Source: Octopus bimaculoides
Taxonomy: Eukaryota
Length of the DNA stretch: 63,746 nt
Direction: 5' to 3'
NCBI RefSeq assembly: GCF_001194135.2
Contig: NC_068996.1
Span: forward strand, 50,678,736 to 50,742,481
How positions within the stretch are numbered: the stretch's first letter is position 1; every line of letters starts with the position of its first letter. A program made the translations under genes and the position numbers. Of this stretch, positions 51,523-63,746 are shown in pieces. The notes under the pieces were generated by a model. That model was not told the origin of the DNA. It was given only the letters and a program-made list of their open reading frames with translations, and did not search any database.

Positions 51523-52289
51523 GTAGCATTATACACAAGTAACCAGACTAGTACATTTTTGTCTTGAGTTGGTTCATAACTAAGCAACTAAAGACAACCT
51601 AGTAACAACAATTAATCCACAACCAATAAGAGAATCGATGCATCTGGAAGCTGCTTTGTTTTATAGTCACTTTATTACCCTTTTGGAGTAAGCCTTTTGT
51701 CTAAATTTCTTCATTTGTTTGAATGCAGTTATTAAAACGAACAATGAATGATATCAGCCTTTGTTCTCTTTTATTTGTTACAATGTATTATTGTCTCTCA
51801 TTCGGCTCATCATATATTTAATTAAGATTATGCGAAAGTACTGGTTTTGATTTTGAGATGTGGTTTATTCAGCGAGACAAATTTCTTTTTCATTACACAC
51901 AAACACTCTCTCTCTCACATCACAGATTATTTTGGTGTTAGATATAATTGTCTATGGCTAAATTATTCATATAGTATCATAAGAAACTAAATGTTTACTG
52001 CTGATTTAATTAGTAAATTTTTTAATAAGATATTTCTAATATTAGACAGATGGAATTTTTAACCATTTTATTAAAATGGTAGTGTTCAGGGCCTTTGTTT
52101 CACTGGTGTAAATCATCACTGGTGGTATGTACTTGTTGAAAATCTTTTAATTTTCATGAAGGCCTTGGGGTTTCTCATATGAGGTTTTCCACCTTCCCAA
52201 AGGCTACCCAACCAACCACTCTTTGGCTCTTGACCTCTGGGAGGAGATTTCTGTCTTTTGTCACCATTTTTCCCCCAAGTAAACATAGC

Positions 52290-52645
52290 TCTCATTGTAG
52301 CCCAATGGAAAATGGAATGTATTGTGCTCAGTATCACATTGTAGGATAAAGAAACCAATGCTTGGACTTGTACTGTGTACGAGTCAATGACATCATGAGA
52401 GCCATCAAGGAAAACAAATATAGATGGGCTGGCCATGTCATCTGATTGAAGGACAACAGCTGGACAATCAAAGTGATAGTGGACACTAGGACAATGAACA
52501 AGATCAAGAGACTGACCAAAGACAAAATGGTGAGATGATCTCACCTGCTGCCTGGAACCTACATTGGCCATGACTGGCCAAAGAGACACAGCTGTGGAAG
52601 GAGCTCAGAAAGGGGTTCCTTTTCCAGGAGATGGAGAAATGGAAA
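52290..52645 (+). mobile_element. RTE-clade LINE 3' relic
   Basis: AQWKMECIVLSITL*DK...NDIMRAIKENKYRWAGHVI*LKDNSWT, matching the RTE C-terminal W.WAGH..R..D.RWT motif. Confidence 0.8.
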
Positions 52646-53302
52646 TTAAACTGATTCTAAATGTTATTCTAAATGTTAGAGTTTTCTCTTTGGTGTCTGA
52701 GTAATTTTCCTAAACAACTTTTGAATATTGGGATTATCAATTATTTTTCTTTTAAATCTATTAGAACGAATGCCCTTCATAATATGTCTGAATGAAACTT
52801 TTCATAAATTATCTCAGAAAACCAGTACTTCTAGTTAAATGTATTAAAAAAAGAGGGAGAAAAATAACTAATAGAAAATTGATATTTTGTTTTGGGTTAA
52901 ATAATACTTGGAGGACTTTGTGAAAATTATTTTGTGAGAATGTTTGAAACTCTAACAAATATAACTGATCTTTCCTTGTTTTGGTAGCTTTTGCCACACA
53001 AATGATTAATACAATGGAGTTTTTATTCTATTTTATTATTTAAAAATTATTTTTTTTATTACTAATGTTCTAATATAAACATGGTATTGTCATTGGGTTG
53101 TAAATTTAAATTATTCTGCAGCCTAGTTTATGACAATTGTATTCCTTGTTCTTGTTGCTTAACCCAAGGTCAGCTCTGATTGAGTAGGCTTATGTTAAAA
53201 GGCATTCCAGTCATGACATCCTGTCTTATTTTTGTATTACATTATCCTATATGACCTTTCTGCTTTAAGGTGATAAGATGGAATCTCTATTACTATATTT
53301 AG

Positions 53303-53955
53303 GCACAGGTGCGGTTTTGTGGTTAAGAAGTTTATTTCTCAACTACAACATCTTGGGCAAATGTCTTCTACTATAAGCCTGGGCCAGTCAAAGGCTTGTG
53401 AGTAGATTTGGTTAGCAGAAACTGAAGGTGGCGAGCTGGCAGAAACGTTAGCACGCTGGACGAAATGCTTAGCAGTATTTTGTCTGCCATTATGTTCTGA
53501 GTTCAAATTCCGCTGAGGTCGACTTTGCCTTTCATCCTTTCTGGGTCAATAAATTAAGTACCAGTTTGCTCCGGGGTCGATGTAATCGACTTAATCCCAT
53601 TGTCTGTCCTTGTTTGTCCCCTCTGTGTGTAGCCCCTTGTGGGCAATAAAGAAATAGGAAACTGTGTGGAAGCCTGTCTGTCATATACATACATATATAT
53701 GTGTGTGTGTGTGTGTGTGTTTCCTTGTTTTGATATCATGATGGTTGTAAATGAGCATCCTTGTCATAGAAGCAGGATAGTTTGTTTCCAGTCTTCTGCG
53801 AAAACTTATTTGGCCAAAGAGAAACATTACTTTGTTTGGAAGCAAGTGAGGATTGGTGGCAAGAAAGGCATCTGGCTGTGGAAAGTCTGCCATAACAAAC
53901 TGTTTGACTTGTGCAAACATGGAAAAGTGGTTGTTAAATGACGATAATGATGACA
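53303..53955 (+). mobile_element. Nested SINEs: family A (53427-53656) inserted in family B, followed by a family C tail
   Basis: The family B head is interrupted after gaaactg and resumes with gaaactg (53418-53424 and 53658-53664, TSD-like). Confidence 0.8.
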
Positions 53956-55240
53956 ATGATTCTAGCATGTGGAGTAGCCAATCAAACTCCTTTGATGGCA
54001 GTTGAATATATTAGATTTTGTTTTTTATTTTTACACTAAATAACTTCAGCAAAGCTTAAAATGGCATTTTGACTCCCTGGTAACCTAGAATCACCATGGA
54101 AATAAACAGTTTGTATAAACCAGACTGATATAAACTATATTGACTGTTATTAGATTAAAATATATATTACAATTAAGGTAGTATTTATGGTTCTTTCATG
54201 TTTTCATTTACTCTTTGCTCACTGTTAGTTTTTAAAGAATATACACATGCCTTGATTAGTCTCACAGCATATTTTTAAATAAACGTTTTTTTCTCATTGT
54301 CTATTTTGGTTAATTATTTGAACACTGAAATAAGTCACTTCAGTAATTAATGAGTGATTATTTGTTAAATACCCTCATCAATTTTTTGCTTTCAAGTATA
54401 TATTTCTTATTGTACTGAAAAGGACAATCTTCTTTCTGTTTTATAGAGTTTTGACACCAGGAAATACATAGTTTTTGCTTTTGGCTGCAAACAATTACTA
54501 GACTTTGGCATTTTAATGCCTTTATTTGAAGTATTTATTTTTTTAAAATTCTCAACATATATCCTTACCATTATTTGAAAATATGGATAGCTGGGTCAGT
54601 AGAGTAACGGATGACCCAGCATGTCTAGTTGTAGTAGATAATTCAGGACATAAACATATTCTAAGCAAGAGAGGCTGCATAATGAATTGCTGTTTTGATA
54701 GGATGCAGCACTGAGTTCAACTCTTGTGAGTTTGAATTTTGTGGCTTGTGGGCTTTTCCAGATTGTCTCTATCTGAATACACTGCATGGAAATAGCTTCA
54801 ACCTCTTTTGTTTCTCTAATTCTGTTTTAATTAATTTTGTGAATAATGAAGGATTTAGTAAAATAACTTAGTTGTATTTAAGCTGGTGTTTGGAATATAA
54901 ACTTACATGAAATTTTGATGAAAAGTTTCAATATAGATCACTTAAAATAGGAAATTTGTATCATAGGACCAAGGGTGGTCTTAGGCAAGTTAATGTCAAA
55001 AGGGTTGCTTCAAGGAATTATGGAACTTACTAGATTACTTGCATAATAAAACCATTATAGAATAAAAGACAAAATATTTCACCAGGTCTTTGTTCTTAAC
55101 TATAGTTTGCTTTACTGGTGTCTTGAATCCCATCATTATTAGTTGAATGTGTTCCTGCTCAAGATGTTTCAATTTCATTGACTTAGGACCAGCTAGCTTT
55201 AATTTGTTGAATCCTGTTGATTTGGCGCAATCTACATTAA

Positions 55241-55454
55241 CCCATTAGCATTTAAACTGGCCATACCTGACCCAAATATTATACCTAGTTTATGTTCAAA
55301 CTGGTCAGATCCAGCCTCTCACATCTACCCTTCAATGTCATTCTGAAAACAATCACATCGTTGAAATCTCAAAGCTACATGATAATGCATGGCTAATTGA
55401 AAATTATGTGAATAAATAAGCATTACATTTGACAGTAATTCAATTGCTAAAGAG
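55241..55454. mobile_element. piggyBac-type MITE family P1, 214 bp
   Basis: TTAA|cccattagca ... tgctaaagag|TTAA. Further copies lie at 60384-60574 and, partially, at about 58940-59078. Confidence 0.8.
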
Positions 55455-55620
55455 TTAATCTATCATTATAAGGAGCACTGTTTAAAAAAAAAAGGTAAGA
55501 AATAAAGATGTTTTGCTAGTTGGCAGTGTCAGGTTTCAAGACTAAAAAAGGCAACTTTTAGACTTGGGGACACAATTCTTCATTCAACAGTGCACCCTCA
55601 GATTGATATCTCATTCAATG

Positions 55621-55990
55621 ATCTTTTACTTGTTTCAGTCATTGGACTGTGGCCATGCTGGGGCACCACCTTGAAGTGTTTTAGTTGAACAAATCAATCC
55701 CAGTATATCTTTTATCTTTTACTTGTTTCAGTCATTGCACTGTGGCCATGCTGGGGCACCACCTTGAAGGGTTTTAGTTGAACAAATCAATCCCAGTATA
55801 TCTTTTATCTTTTACTTGTTTCAGTCATTGCACTGTGGCCATGCTGGGGCACTACCTTGAAGGGTTTTAGTTGAACAAATCAATCCCAGTATATCTTTTA
55901 TCTTTTACTTGTTTCACTCATTGGACTGTGGCCATGCTGGGGCACAGCCTTGAAGGGTTTAACTGAAGGAATCAACCCCAGTACTTATTT
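55621..55990 (-). repeat. Minisatellite: four tandem 93-bp units derived from a family B SINE tail
   Basis: atcttttacttgtttca(g/c)tcatt... starts at 55621, 55714, 55807 and 55900 (period 93). Confidence 0.92.
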
Positions 55991-57234
55991 TTAAGCTTAA
56001 TACTTATTTTATCAATCACCTTTGTTGAACTGCTAAGATTATAGCAGTGACTCGATCAATTCCTAGCAATATCTGAAGAAGGAATTTTTATATTCCAAAA
56101 TCAGACTATGAATAATTAAATTAAAACAGTTATTATAGTCCACTCTGCATTGTTGTACCATTCAAGACACATTATATTTCACAAACTTTACATTGGTCTC
56201 AGTGAACATATTTAAAAGCATAAACATTTTTAAAATGCACTTGCAAACCAATACTAAATTGGAAAATCAAGGTAAGTGCGAAAATATGTCAAAATCATCT
56301 GCTAAAATAGATATAAACTAATAACTTTATTAAAAGTCCATATATCTTGGAACCAGTTACAGATGTAAGTTAAGGTATGCCGGGAGATTGGATTGCAGTT
56401 ATGCTTCAGGAGTTTATTTATCAACGTAAGAATTTCGACTGGTACTTAGGATCATTGTCTTTATATATGACTAAGGTTTTATATTTGTAGGGACTAAAAG
56501 GAAACAATTTAGTATGCAATATAATAAAAAGGGCACTCATGCACACACACCACCACCACCACCGTCATCATCATCTCTTACTCACATAAATATATATGTT
56601 TCACCATGGGTTGGACAGATCTAGTCTAGCACAGCATCTTGGTACCATACTGAAGTTCTCTGTCGCCTCCTTTTTTGAGTTTCAGCCTCTTGAGATAAGC
56701 TTTCCACATTTTCTTTGTGTATTTCTATCCTTAATGTGCTAAAGGGATTTTATCCGACATGATGTTAGCTCAAATATACCAGACAAATGTAAACAAATGT
56801 CTGTTATATTTTCATGTGCAGGAAATGGGGATATCAGCCTTATAGGTTTCAGTCCTGTGTAGGAGAGCACAATAAAGACCAAATACTCATTTGATTTCTG
56901 CCCAGATAGGACAAACCAATCCTTCTTTTTCTGTCTGCTAAAAGATTATATAAACATGCTTACATTTGTCCAGTGTAGAACATTACTCAGGACATCAGCT
57001 AAAATTTATACTGTTACAACAGAGATTCTCTCTAGTATATTTATGGTGTCCAAGCTGCTTGGTACATCAATTATTTAATTGAGCCAGCTGCCAGCAAAGT
57101 TCAATTTATGTAAATCAGACTGATCAAATTTTCTGGTTTTGTGAGGTTCTTTTATGGTAGTTCAAGTTTAGTTTCTGTTCCTTCTATGTTCTTCAGCTCA
57201 TTAGGCAGCAAGTTGATGCCATTGGTTTCACTTG

Positions 57235-57700
57235 ACTTTGGCTTTCTCTGTTTGTAGCCATAATGATATTGGCTTCTCCCATGTCAGTTATGAATATTCT
57301 ATGCCATGTAGTTTCCAGTCTTCCCCTCTTCCTTTTCCCCTCCATTTGAATCCTGTTTTAGAATAACATTGTTCTTGTAGCCAGAGTATGAGACCTTTTA
57401 ATCTTTGTTCTGCTATGATTTCACCAAGCGGTCTGCTGTTGGCTCTCTTAAGAATATCTTCATTGGTTATTTGGTTTTACCAGAATGTTCTTAGAATCCT
57501 TCTCCAGCATCTTTGGTGGAACACGTCTAGCTTTCTGTTGATTTTCATGGTGCTCTTCCATGCCTTCCTAGCATGGAGAAACGTGTTGGTAGATGTATGC
57601 TATTACAGTGTTGGATCATTATTCATAGGCTGACAGTATTGGAGGATAGGCTGCATTCTCTAGAATGCAGCTTTGCCAACTCTATTGTTGATGTCAGTTG
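57235..57700 (-). mobile_element. RTE-clade LINE relic (C-terminal region)
   Basis: The minus strand gives KAWKSTMKINRKLDVFHQRCWRRILRTFW*NQITNEDILKRANSRPLGEIIAEQRL, matching RTE E.W...KLD.FH.RCLRRIL...W.D...NEEV. Confidence 0.8.
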
Positions 57701-58584
57701 TGATTATTTGCTAAAAAGCAAAATAAAAGTTTAAAAATTCACTAAACAATAAATAAAATTTGCATTTTTAATAAAAGCTAATAAATAGATCAGTTACTAA
57801 TCATTTAGTAAGACTATGGTGTTAGCAATATGTGAAGGGTGAGAAATACAAGATAAACCATTTAAAGATGTTATGGACTGGTATAATCCTAATTAAAAAC
57901 CCACTTATTACATGTTTTTGATTTTGTTTACATTTAGCTTTGACACTTTTTTTTTTTTGACACCTTTCAACTTTTTTGTTTTTTAATTTATTTTTGTACT
58001 GGTGCATCTTTACCAAAACAAACACACATCACATGTGACCTTGTCATCTGGTTTTGACTTGTTTGTGTCACTTTGATTGAAATGTTTATCATTGATTACT
58101 TGTCTGTTCTCAAGTTCAAATCCCATTTGTTCAACTTTGCCACAGGAGTTAATAAGTATTAAAAACTGATTCAATTAACCCCAACCCTTCCCCTATCCTT
58201 TAAATTTCTCGTCTTGTACAGTGTGAGAAATCAGATATTAATCTTGCTTTTCTTTTTTTTTTTTTGATTGAATTTTTTTTTTTACTTCACCAGTGTAAAT
58301 GATACTCTTGTATGTTTTTATCAGAGCAATAGGCTTTTCTTCCACTTCAGAAGGAATGCCACTAAGTATTTCGTCCGGCACTGTAATAACTTTTCCAGCT
58401 TACCGCCTTGATCTTGATAATAATCCTTTCTATTGTAGGCACAACTGAAATTTTAGGGGACTGAACTAGACCTTCCTTCAACTGGTACTTATTTTCTTGA
58501 CCCCAAAAGGATGTAAGGCAAAGCCAACCGTAGTGTAGGAATTTGAACTCCAATCATAATAGTCAAGAAGAGATGCCATTTAGC

Positions 58585-58810
58585 ACACGCTCACACGCTC
58601 ACTCTCACTTTCACTCACACACTCACTCTCTCACACACACACACATTCACTCTCACTAACACACACTCACTCTCACACTCACTCACTCACACGCTCACGC
58701 TCATTCACACACTCACTCTCACTCACTCTCACTCATTCTCACACACTTGTTCTCACTCACTCACACACTCATTCTCACTCCCACTCACTCTCTCCCACTC
58801 ACACTTGCAT
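58585..58810. repeat. Degenerate (CACT)n/(CA)n low-complexity tract
   Basis: cacgctcacacgctcactctcactttcactcacac... continues for about 220 bp. Confidence 0.85.
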
Positions 58811-59404
58811 CACACACTGGCATATCTCTCTCTCTAAAATAAAATCCAGAATTTATGGTCTTACTTTCACACCTGTAATTACAATTGTTTCCTTACACAA
58901 GGGAAATACATGCAATTAATTGCTAGCCAGAATACACTCATTATCTTATAGCTTTCATGATATGATTGTATATTTTTAGAATGACATTTTAGGGGGAGGT
59001 ATGAGAGGCCAGATCTGGCTGGTTTGAGTATAAAACAAACTGTCTGAGCTAGATGTGGCTGGTTTAAATGCTAAAGGGTTAAACCTTTCAAGGCCATGTC
59101 CTAGCACAGCTGCATTCCAAATATCTGAAGCAAATAAAATAGTTTGACAATGAAGGAAATATTTTGTAGCTAACAAAGCTTGTCAAAGCTTTTCAATGAA
59201 AATTAAAAGTAGTCACAAAAATGAAATATGAGACCATATTCTGGGACTTGTCAATTAATACTGTTGGAAACCATTAAAGCAAACCATCTGAATGTTGTCA
59301 AAGGACCATCAGGAGAAGACATATCACTTAATATAATCAATTCCATCAGTTACTATACAACTGTTCAAGACATCCTGGACATGGCAGCCTCCTTCAAATT
59401 TATA

Positions 59405-59812
59405 GGTGCAAGTTATGGATGTATGGTAAGGAGCTTGCTTCTCAACCACATTGTTCCAGGTTCAGTTCCACTGCATGTCCCCATGAGCAAGTGTCCTCTA
59501 CTATAACCTTGGGTTGACCAAAGCTTTATGAGTGGATTTGGTAGACAGAAACTGAAAGAAGGCTGTCATATATATACATGCATGTGTATGCATGCATGTC
59601 TTTGTGTGTAGGTTTGTCCTCCATCTCTGCTTGACAACTGGTGTTGGTGTGTTTACATCCCTGTAACCTAGCAGTTTGGTAAAAAGAGATTGATAAAATA
59701 AATATCCAGCTTAAAACGAGAAAACGAGTGCTGAACTCAATTTGTTTGACTGAAATTCTTCAATGCAGTGCTCCAGCATGGCTGCAGTCTATTGAATGAA
59801 ACAAGTAAAAAA
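59405..59812 (+). mobile_element. SINE family B, near full length
   Basis: Head, gagcaagtgtcctctacta core and tail through gcatggctgcagtc...gaaacaagtaaaa. Confidence 0.8.
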
Positions 59813-61332
59813 TAAAACATAAGATTTACATTTCATTGACTTAGGCCAGCTTGCTTGCCATAAATTGGTACCATGCTGGTTAGCCATTGGATTGCACTCC
59901 TGCAAGGTTGTTTGTTGTCTTTCAAGACTTTTACTAAATTGTATCAGCACAAGTATTTTGTGTGGCCCCAAAGAGAAGGAAAAGGGAAGTTGACCCGGGT
60001 GGAATATGAACTCAGAAGATAAAAGAAAGAAACCAGTACCTCAAGTCATTCTTTCCTCATGTTCTGCCAATCCTTTGATTTGTTTATTCTTGAAAGTATT
60101 AATTAGACTTATGCTTATACTGTTAGTGCTGAAGGACTTTATTTTCTTAATGAAATGGTAATTAAAATATTTAACATAGAGGAGATGGTTTACAGTGGAA
60201 TCCGGATGGATATAGAAAGAGGGGTAGGCCCAAGAACTCATGGCGTAGATCAACACAAAAGGAACTAAAGAAAGGTGGACATTCATGGCAGAGTATAAGT
60301 ACAGAAGCGAGAAATTATGCAACATGGAATTCAATTATAAGGAGGGTTAAAGGCAAGAATGAGAATGAGAGGAGATAGTTTAACTCTTTAGCATTCAGAT
60401 TACACTGTCAAATCTAATGCTTATTTATTCTCATAGCTTTGAGATTTCAATGATATGGTTGCATATTTTTATAATGACATTGTAGGGTAGATGTGATAAG
60501 CTGGACCTGGTTGGTTTGAACATAAAACAGAAGGAATATTTTGGTTGGATATGGCTGGCTTAAATTCTAAAGAATTAACATGTTTGTGTGGTTTGATTAG
60601 TTTTGAGAAATTAACTTTTAAGAATTTGTGTGAGAATGAGAGGGAGTCGAGATAGAGGGCAGTGGGAAGAAGTGGATGTGCAGAGGTAAAGAGACGATGG
60701 CAGGGTGGAGGGACAGAGTGGAAAACAGTATAATGCACATCGTAAGATTTGAACTTATGGACCATGTAATTAGTAACATACACTACCTTCATGCAGCACT
60801 GGATTAGCCATTAAGCAAACTAAGCACATGCTTGAGGCCTCAAAGGAAGGAGGGGGCACCGCAGAAATGGGAAATGGTTTACAGCACAAAAGAAATCACT
60901 TTAAACTTGACTTGCTAAAATAATATTCCGGATGCCTTTATCTCTATTAAGTATAGAAGCAGATGTGTTACCTAAAATTAATTTTGAGGATTTGATCAAA
61001 GACTTTGCAATTCAAAAAAGTAGGAGGAAACTCTTTAAATATAAATAAAGTGGAAGTATAGAAAAAATAAACATTATTTTCCCTCTTACTGTTTTGTTTT
61101 GTTTTGAAAAATAAAAATTTATTTTATAGTTTGTTATTGTTTATATTTTGAATTACATAAAAGATTTTGGTACCCACCTAAAAGATTAAGTGCTTAGGGC
61201 CTCGACGGGTCTTTATCCGGCCCTGCCTTCATGTCTTGGCCATTGTACCTCATGAAAATATGTGTTTGCATGTATAATATAGTCTATGACATATATATTA
61301 TTTATACAGTATATATTTTTTTGTTTTCCTAG

Positions 61333-61449
61333 GATAAAGAAAAATACTTCAGTCCAGAATGGTGTATGGTGGACGATCAAGGCCAAAGATACATGTTGCC
61401 AAAGACAATGATATTTATGGGTCATGAAGAATGTGATTTTATAATAGAG
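61333..61449 (+). CDS. CEP170: Coding exon of a CEP170/CEP170B-like protein, N-terminal part of the FHA domain (DKEKYFSPEWCMVDDQGQRYMLPKTMIFMGHEECDFIIE)
   Basis: Acceptor ttttttgttttcctag|GAT and donor GAG|gtatgt; 117 bp, phase 0/0, open frame. WCMVDDQGQRYMLPKTMIFMGHEECDFIIE aligns by eye to the human CEP170 N-terminus as I recall it ([30 protein letters not shown]). The next FHA exon (SRSVDKQHAVI-like) is not found before the window ends. Confidence 0.85.
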
Positions 61450-63334
61450 GTATGTAACAACTGTGATGAAATTGAAAGTTACCTGCTATGCGCTGCATGT
61501 TAATATTGTGTAGTTTTGTTGTTTTTTAACTATTAAAAGAAAAAGTTTGTTTATTTCATTTTTGTATTCTAACATTTCCAAGAAAGTTAGAGATTATAAT
61601 ATATTTATAAAAGATCTTTCAGATTTATCATTATTGAAATTAAGTCAATTTGTTCATGCTGATGTGAACATGCTGACGACTGTGTCTCTGTTTCCTTACC
61701 ATACTTATTCTATTTGTTTCTGAGCCTGGAATCAGAAGACCTTCACTCTGTTGACTGATTCTCTGAAGGATGTTCTCCATTTCCATTTAATTATAAAATA
61801 TATTTTATTATTATTATATACACTCTTTCCTTCTATGTCTCTGAATCTCTTATTTGAAGAAAATTCAAAGCTGCAAATATTGCTCTTCTTCAGATACTTC
61901 AACACGTGTGGGGATGGGTTGTATAGATCTACAAATCCATTCAGTTGCAAATTTTTCTTTTTTTTTTTCTTTTTTGGTGATACAATTGTTTTGGTTTTTA
62001 AAAATCTGTTTCTTTCACAGTTATTTAGAATTTAATAATAATTGATTTTCTTACAGTTTTGTATTAGTACTATTTCCAGATCTCGCTTATTATTTTTTTT
62101 CTGTTACACTTATTTGATCTTGGTTTGGGGAGCTTCTATTTTATATTTATTTCAGTAGCCATTAACTTACTGAATGAATCATTCCAAGGTTATTGAATCA
62201 AATGGTTCTTGCTAAAAAAATGTTCTGTTGGTTGGGATAGAACTTATTGTCATGTTAATTATAGATTATTTTGCAATCTTCAACTTATTTCTTCTTGAAA
62301 TATTTCTGAAATACTTGTAAAATCCTGTTTACATAATAATTTTTTACATGTCCCATGCTTATTTCTCACCAAATGGATTAGCTGTAAAATGAGAAATGAG
62401 AAAACAAAAAAACTAGAAAACAAAAAAAAAAAACTTCTTAGAAATTCGTCAGATTATCCATTCCACTTTTGACACTCCCCACCCCCCACAAAAATCCCCC
62501 AGAAAAGGATACAGCTCTCTGCCATTAAAATGATAATATTAACCAAGCCATATGTCAGTGCTGTTTAGCATTAAAAGTAATGTGTGCTTGTCGACAATAA
62601 AGTATTTTCTCTATTCGAAAATGTAATTACATACAATACTTTTGAAATATTAAGTTTGCCCCAATTATACTTGCATCATTCAGTGTAGTTGAAATCAAAG
62701 CATTCCTGACCTCGTTGAATAAGAAAATTGGAAATCTAAAGCTGTTGACCTAGAAAATATAATGAATATTACACAGGTTATGTTGTCACAATATTACATA
62801 AATAGGAGTAGCAGAATCACCAGAGCCACAGACAAAATGCCTTGCATTATTGATTTACAACCCTTTGCATTTTGAGTTCAGATATCACTGAGCTTAGCTT
62901 TACCAGTCATCTGTTCAGGGTTCATAAAATAAAGTACCAGTGAGGTACTGGGGTTGATTTAATTGGTTGTACACAGCATCCAACATTTATGGTCCTGTGT
63001 CAAATATTAGAAAACAGTTGTTTCCTTTTGTTTTAACATCCACTTTTTTATGCTTGGATGTATTGGAAGGAGTTTATTGGTGCAAATTTTCTATGGCTGT
63101 ATGACCTTCCTGTTGCCAACCCTCGTCTGTTTTCAAGCAAAGCTATATTTCCTCGAGGCTAGATATGTTTAACCTTGAATAACACTTATTGTATGTAACT
63201 CGTTTACAACTATCACGTGCTGTCAAGACAAGGTGTGCACACACACACATACACACACTCATTTGTATGTGTACACATGCACACACACATTTGTATGTTC
63301 ACGCACACGCACACACACACACACACACACACAC

Positions 63335-63490
63335 GGCTTCTTTCAGTTTCTGTCTACCAAATCCACTCACAAAGCCTTGGTTCCCTCAGGGCTATGGTAA
63401 AGACAATTGCAAAAAGTACCAGTCAGTGAGACTGAACTCGGAACCATGTGGTTGGGAAGAAAACTTTTTAACTACACAGCCATACCTGCA
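63335..63490 (-). mobile_element. SINE family B head
   Basis: ggcttctttcagtttctgtctaccaaatccactcacaaagccttgg ... gaaccatgtggttgggaagaaaact. Confidence 0.75.
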
Positions 63491-63707
63491 TCTTTCAAAA
63501 CATCATCATTCCATAAATACCACATAAGATTTTACCCCCACCCCTACTTTTCACCATGCTTTATCAGTCCATATTCAGTTTTATTAATGTCTTTTCCACA
63601 TGTTTTCCATGGATCTCTATACGCTTTATCTTTCAAATCTTGGAAACTTAGAATTGCTTTGTATTATTGTAGCACATACGACAATTGCTTTTAAGTTTAA
63701 TGTTTGA

Positions 63708-63746
<39 letters not shown>

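Noticed and set aside
55621-55990. Regularly spaced repeats that superficially resemble a CRISPR array
   Set aside because: The units are contiguous and SINE-derived with no unique spacers, in a eukaryotic context without cas genes.
56700-57000. Possible Tx1/L1-like LINE C-terminal relic on the minus strand (CPIWAEIK...)
   Set aside because: Too degenerate to assign by eye; it would need TBLASTN or HMM support.
61690-61790. Minus-strand MEMENILQRISQQSEGLLIPGSETNRISM|gtaagg, a possible antisense exon
   Set aside because: No homology recognised, and no promoter or partner exon can be supported from sequence alone.
61450-63746. Search for the next CEP170 FHA exon (S.SVDK.HAVI-like)
   Set aside because: The acceptor-like sites near 61891, 62020 and 62055 give no FHA-like peptide, and 62810-63010 is a SINE. 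The exon must lie beyond the window.

Overview
Eukaryotic, very AT-rich, microsatellite- and SINE-dense DNA from a gapped short-read assembly (8 N-gaps). The repeat families and composition point to an octopus (coleoid cephalopod), which is an inference from sequence style and not a database result. Almost every ORF in the supplied track is a microsatellite or N-gap artefact. The only host protein-coding signal I can support is the 5' end of a CEP170/CEP170B-like FHA-domain gene on the + strand. It has a clear 117-bp exon at 61333-61449 (DKEKYFSPEWCMVDDQGQRYMLPKTMIFMGHEECDFIIE). It also has a likely promoter at about 13.84-13.91 kb (two opposed CCAAT boxes around an ETS site), a likely first coding exon ATG-TCT-GAG|gtaagt at 14614-14622, and a second candidate 5' exon at 40865-40974 ending in ATG|gt. 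The rest is about 47 kb of intron plus upstream DNA. It is filled with tRNA-derived SINEs (at least 4-5 families), hAT-Charlie-type MITEs with 8-bp TSDs, Tc1/mariner MITEs and relics, TTAA piggyBac-type MITEs, Helitron-like ends, decayed RTE LINEs and tandem repeats. I do not see a new multi-gene system. The most interesting points are two alternative in-frame start exons, several strong intronic dsRNA structures (candidate ADAR substrates), a 5'-inverted RTE LINE, and a recurring pattern of short local sequence copies joined at microhomologies.
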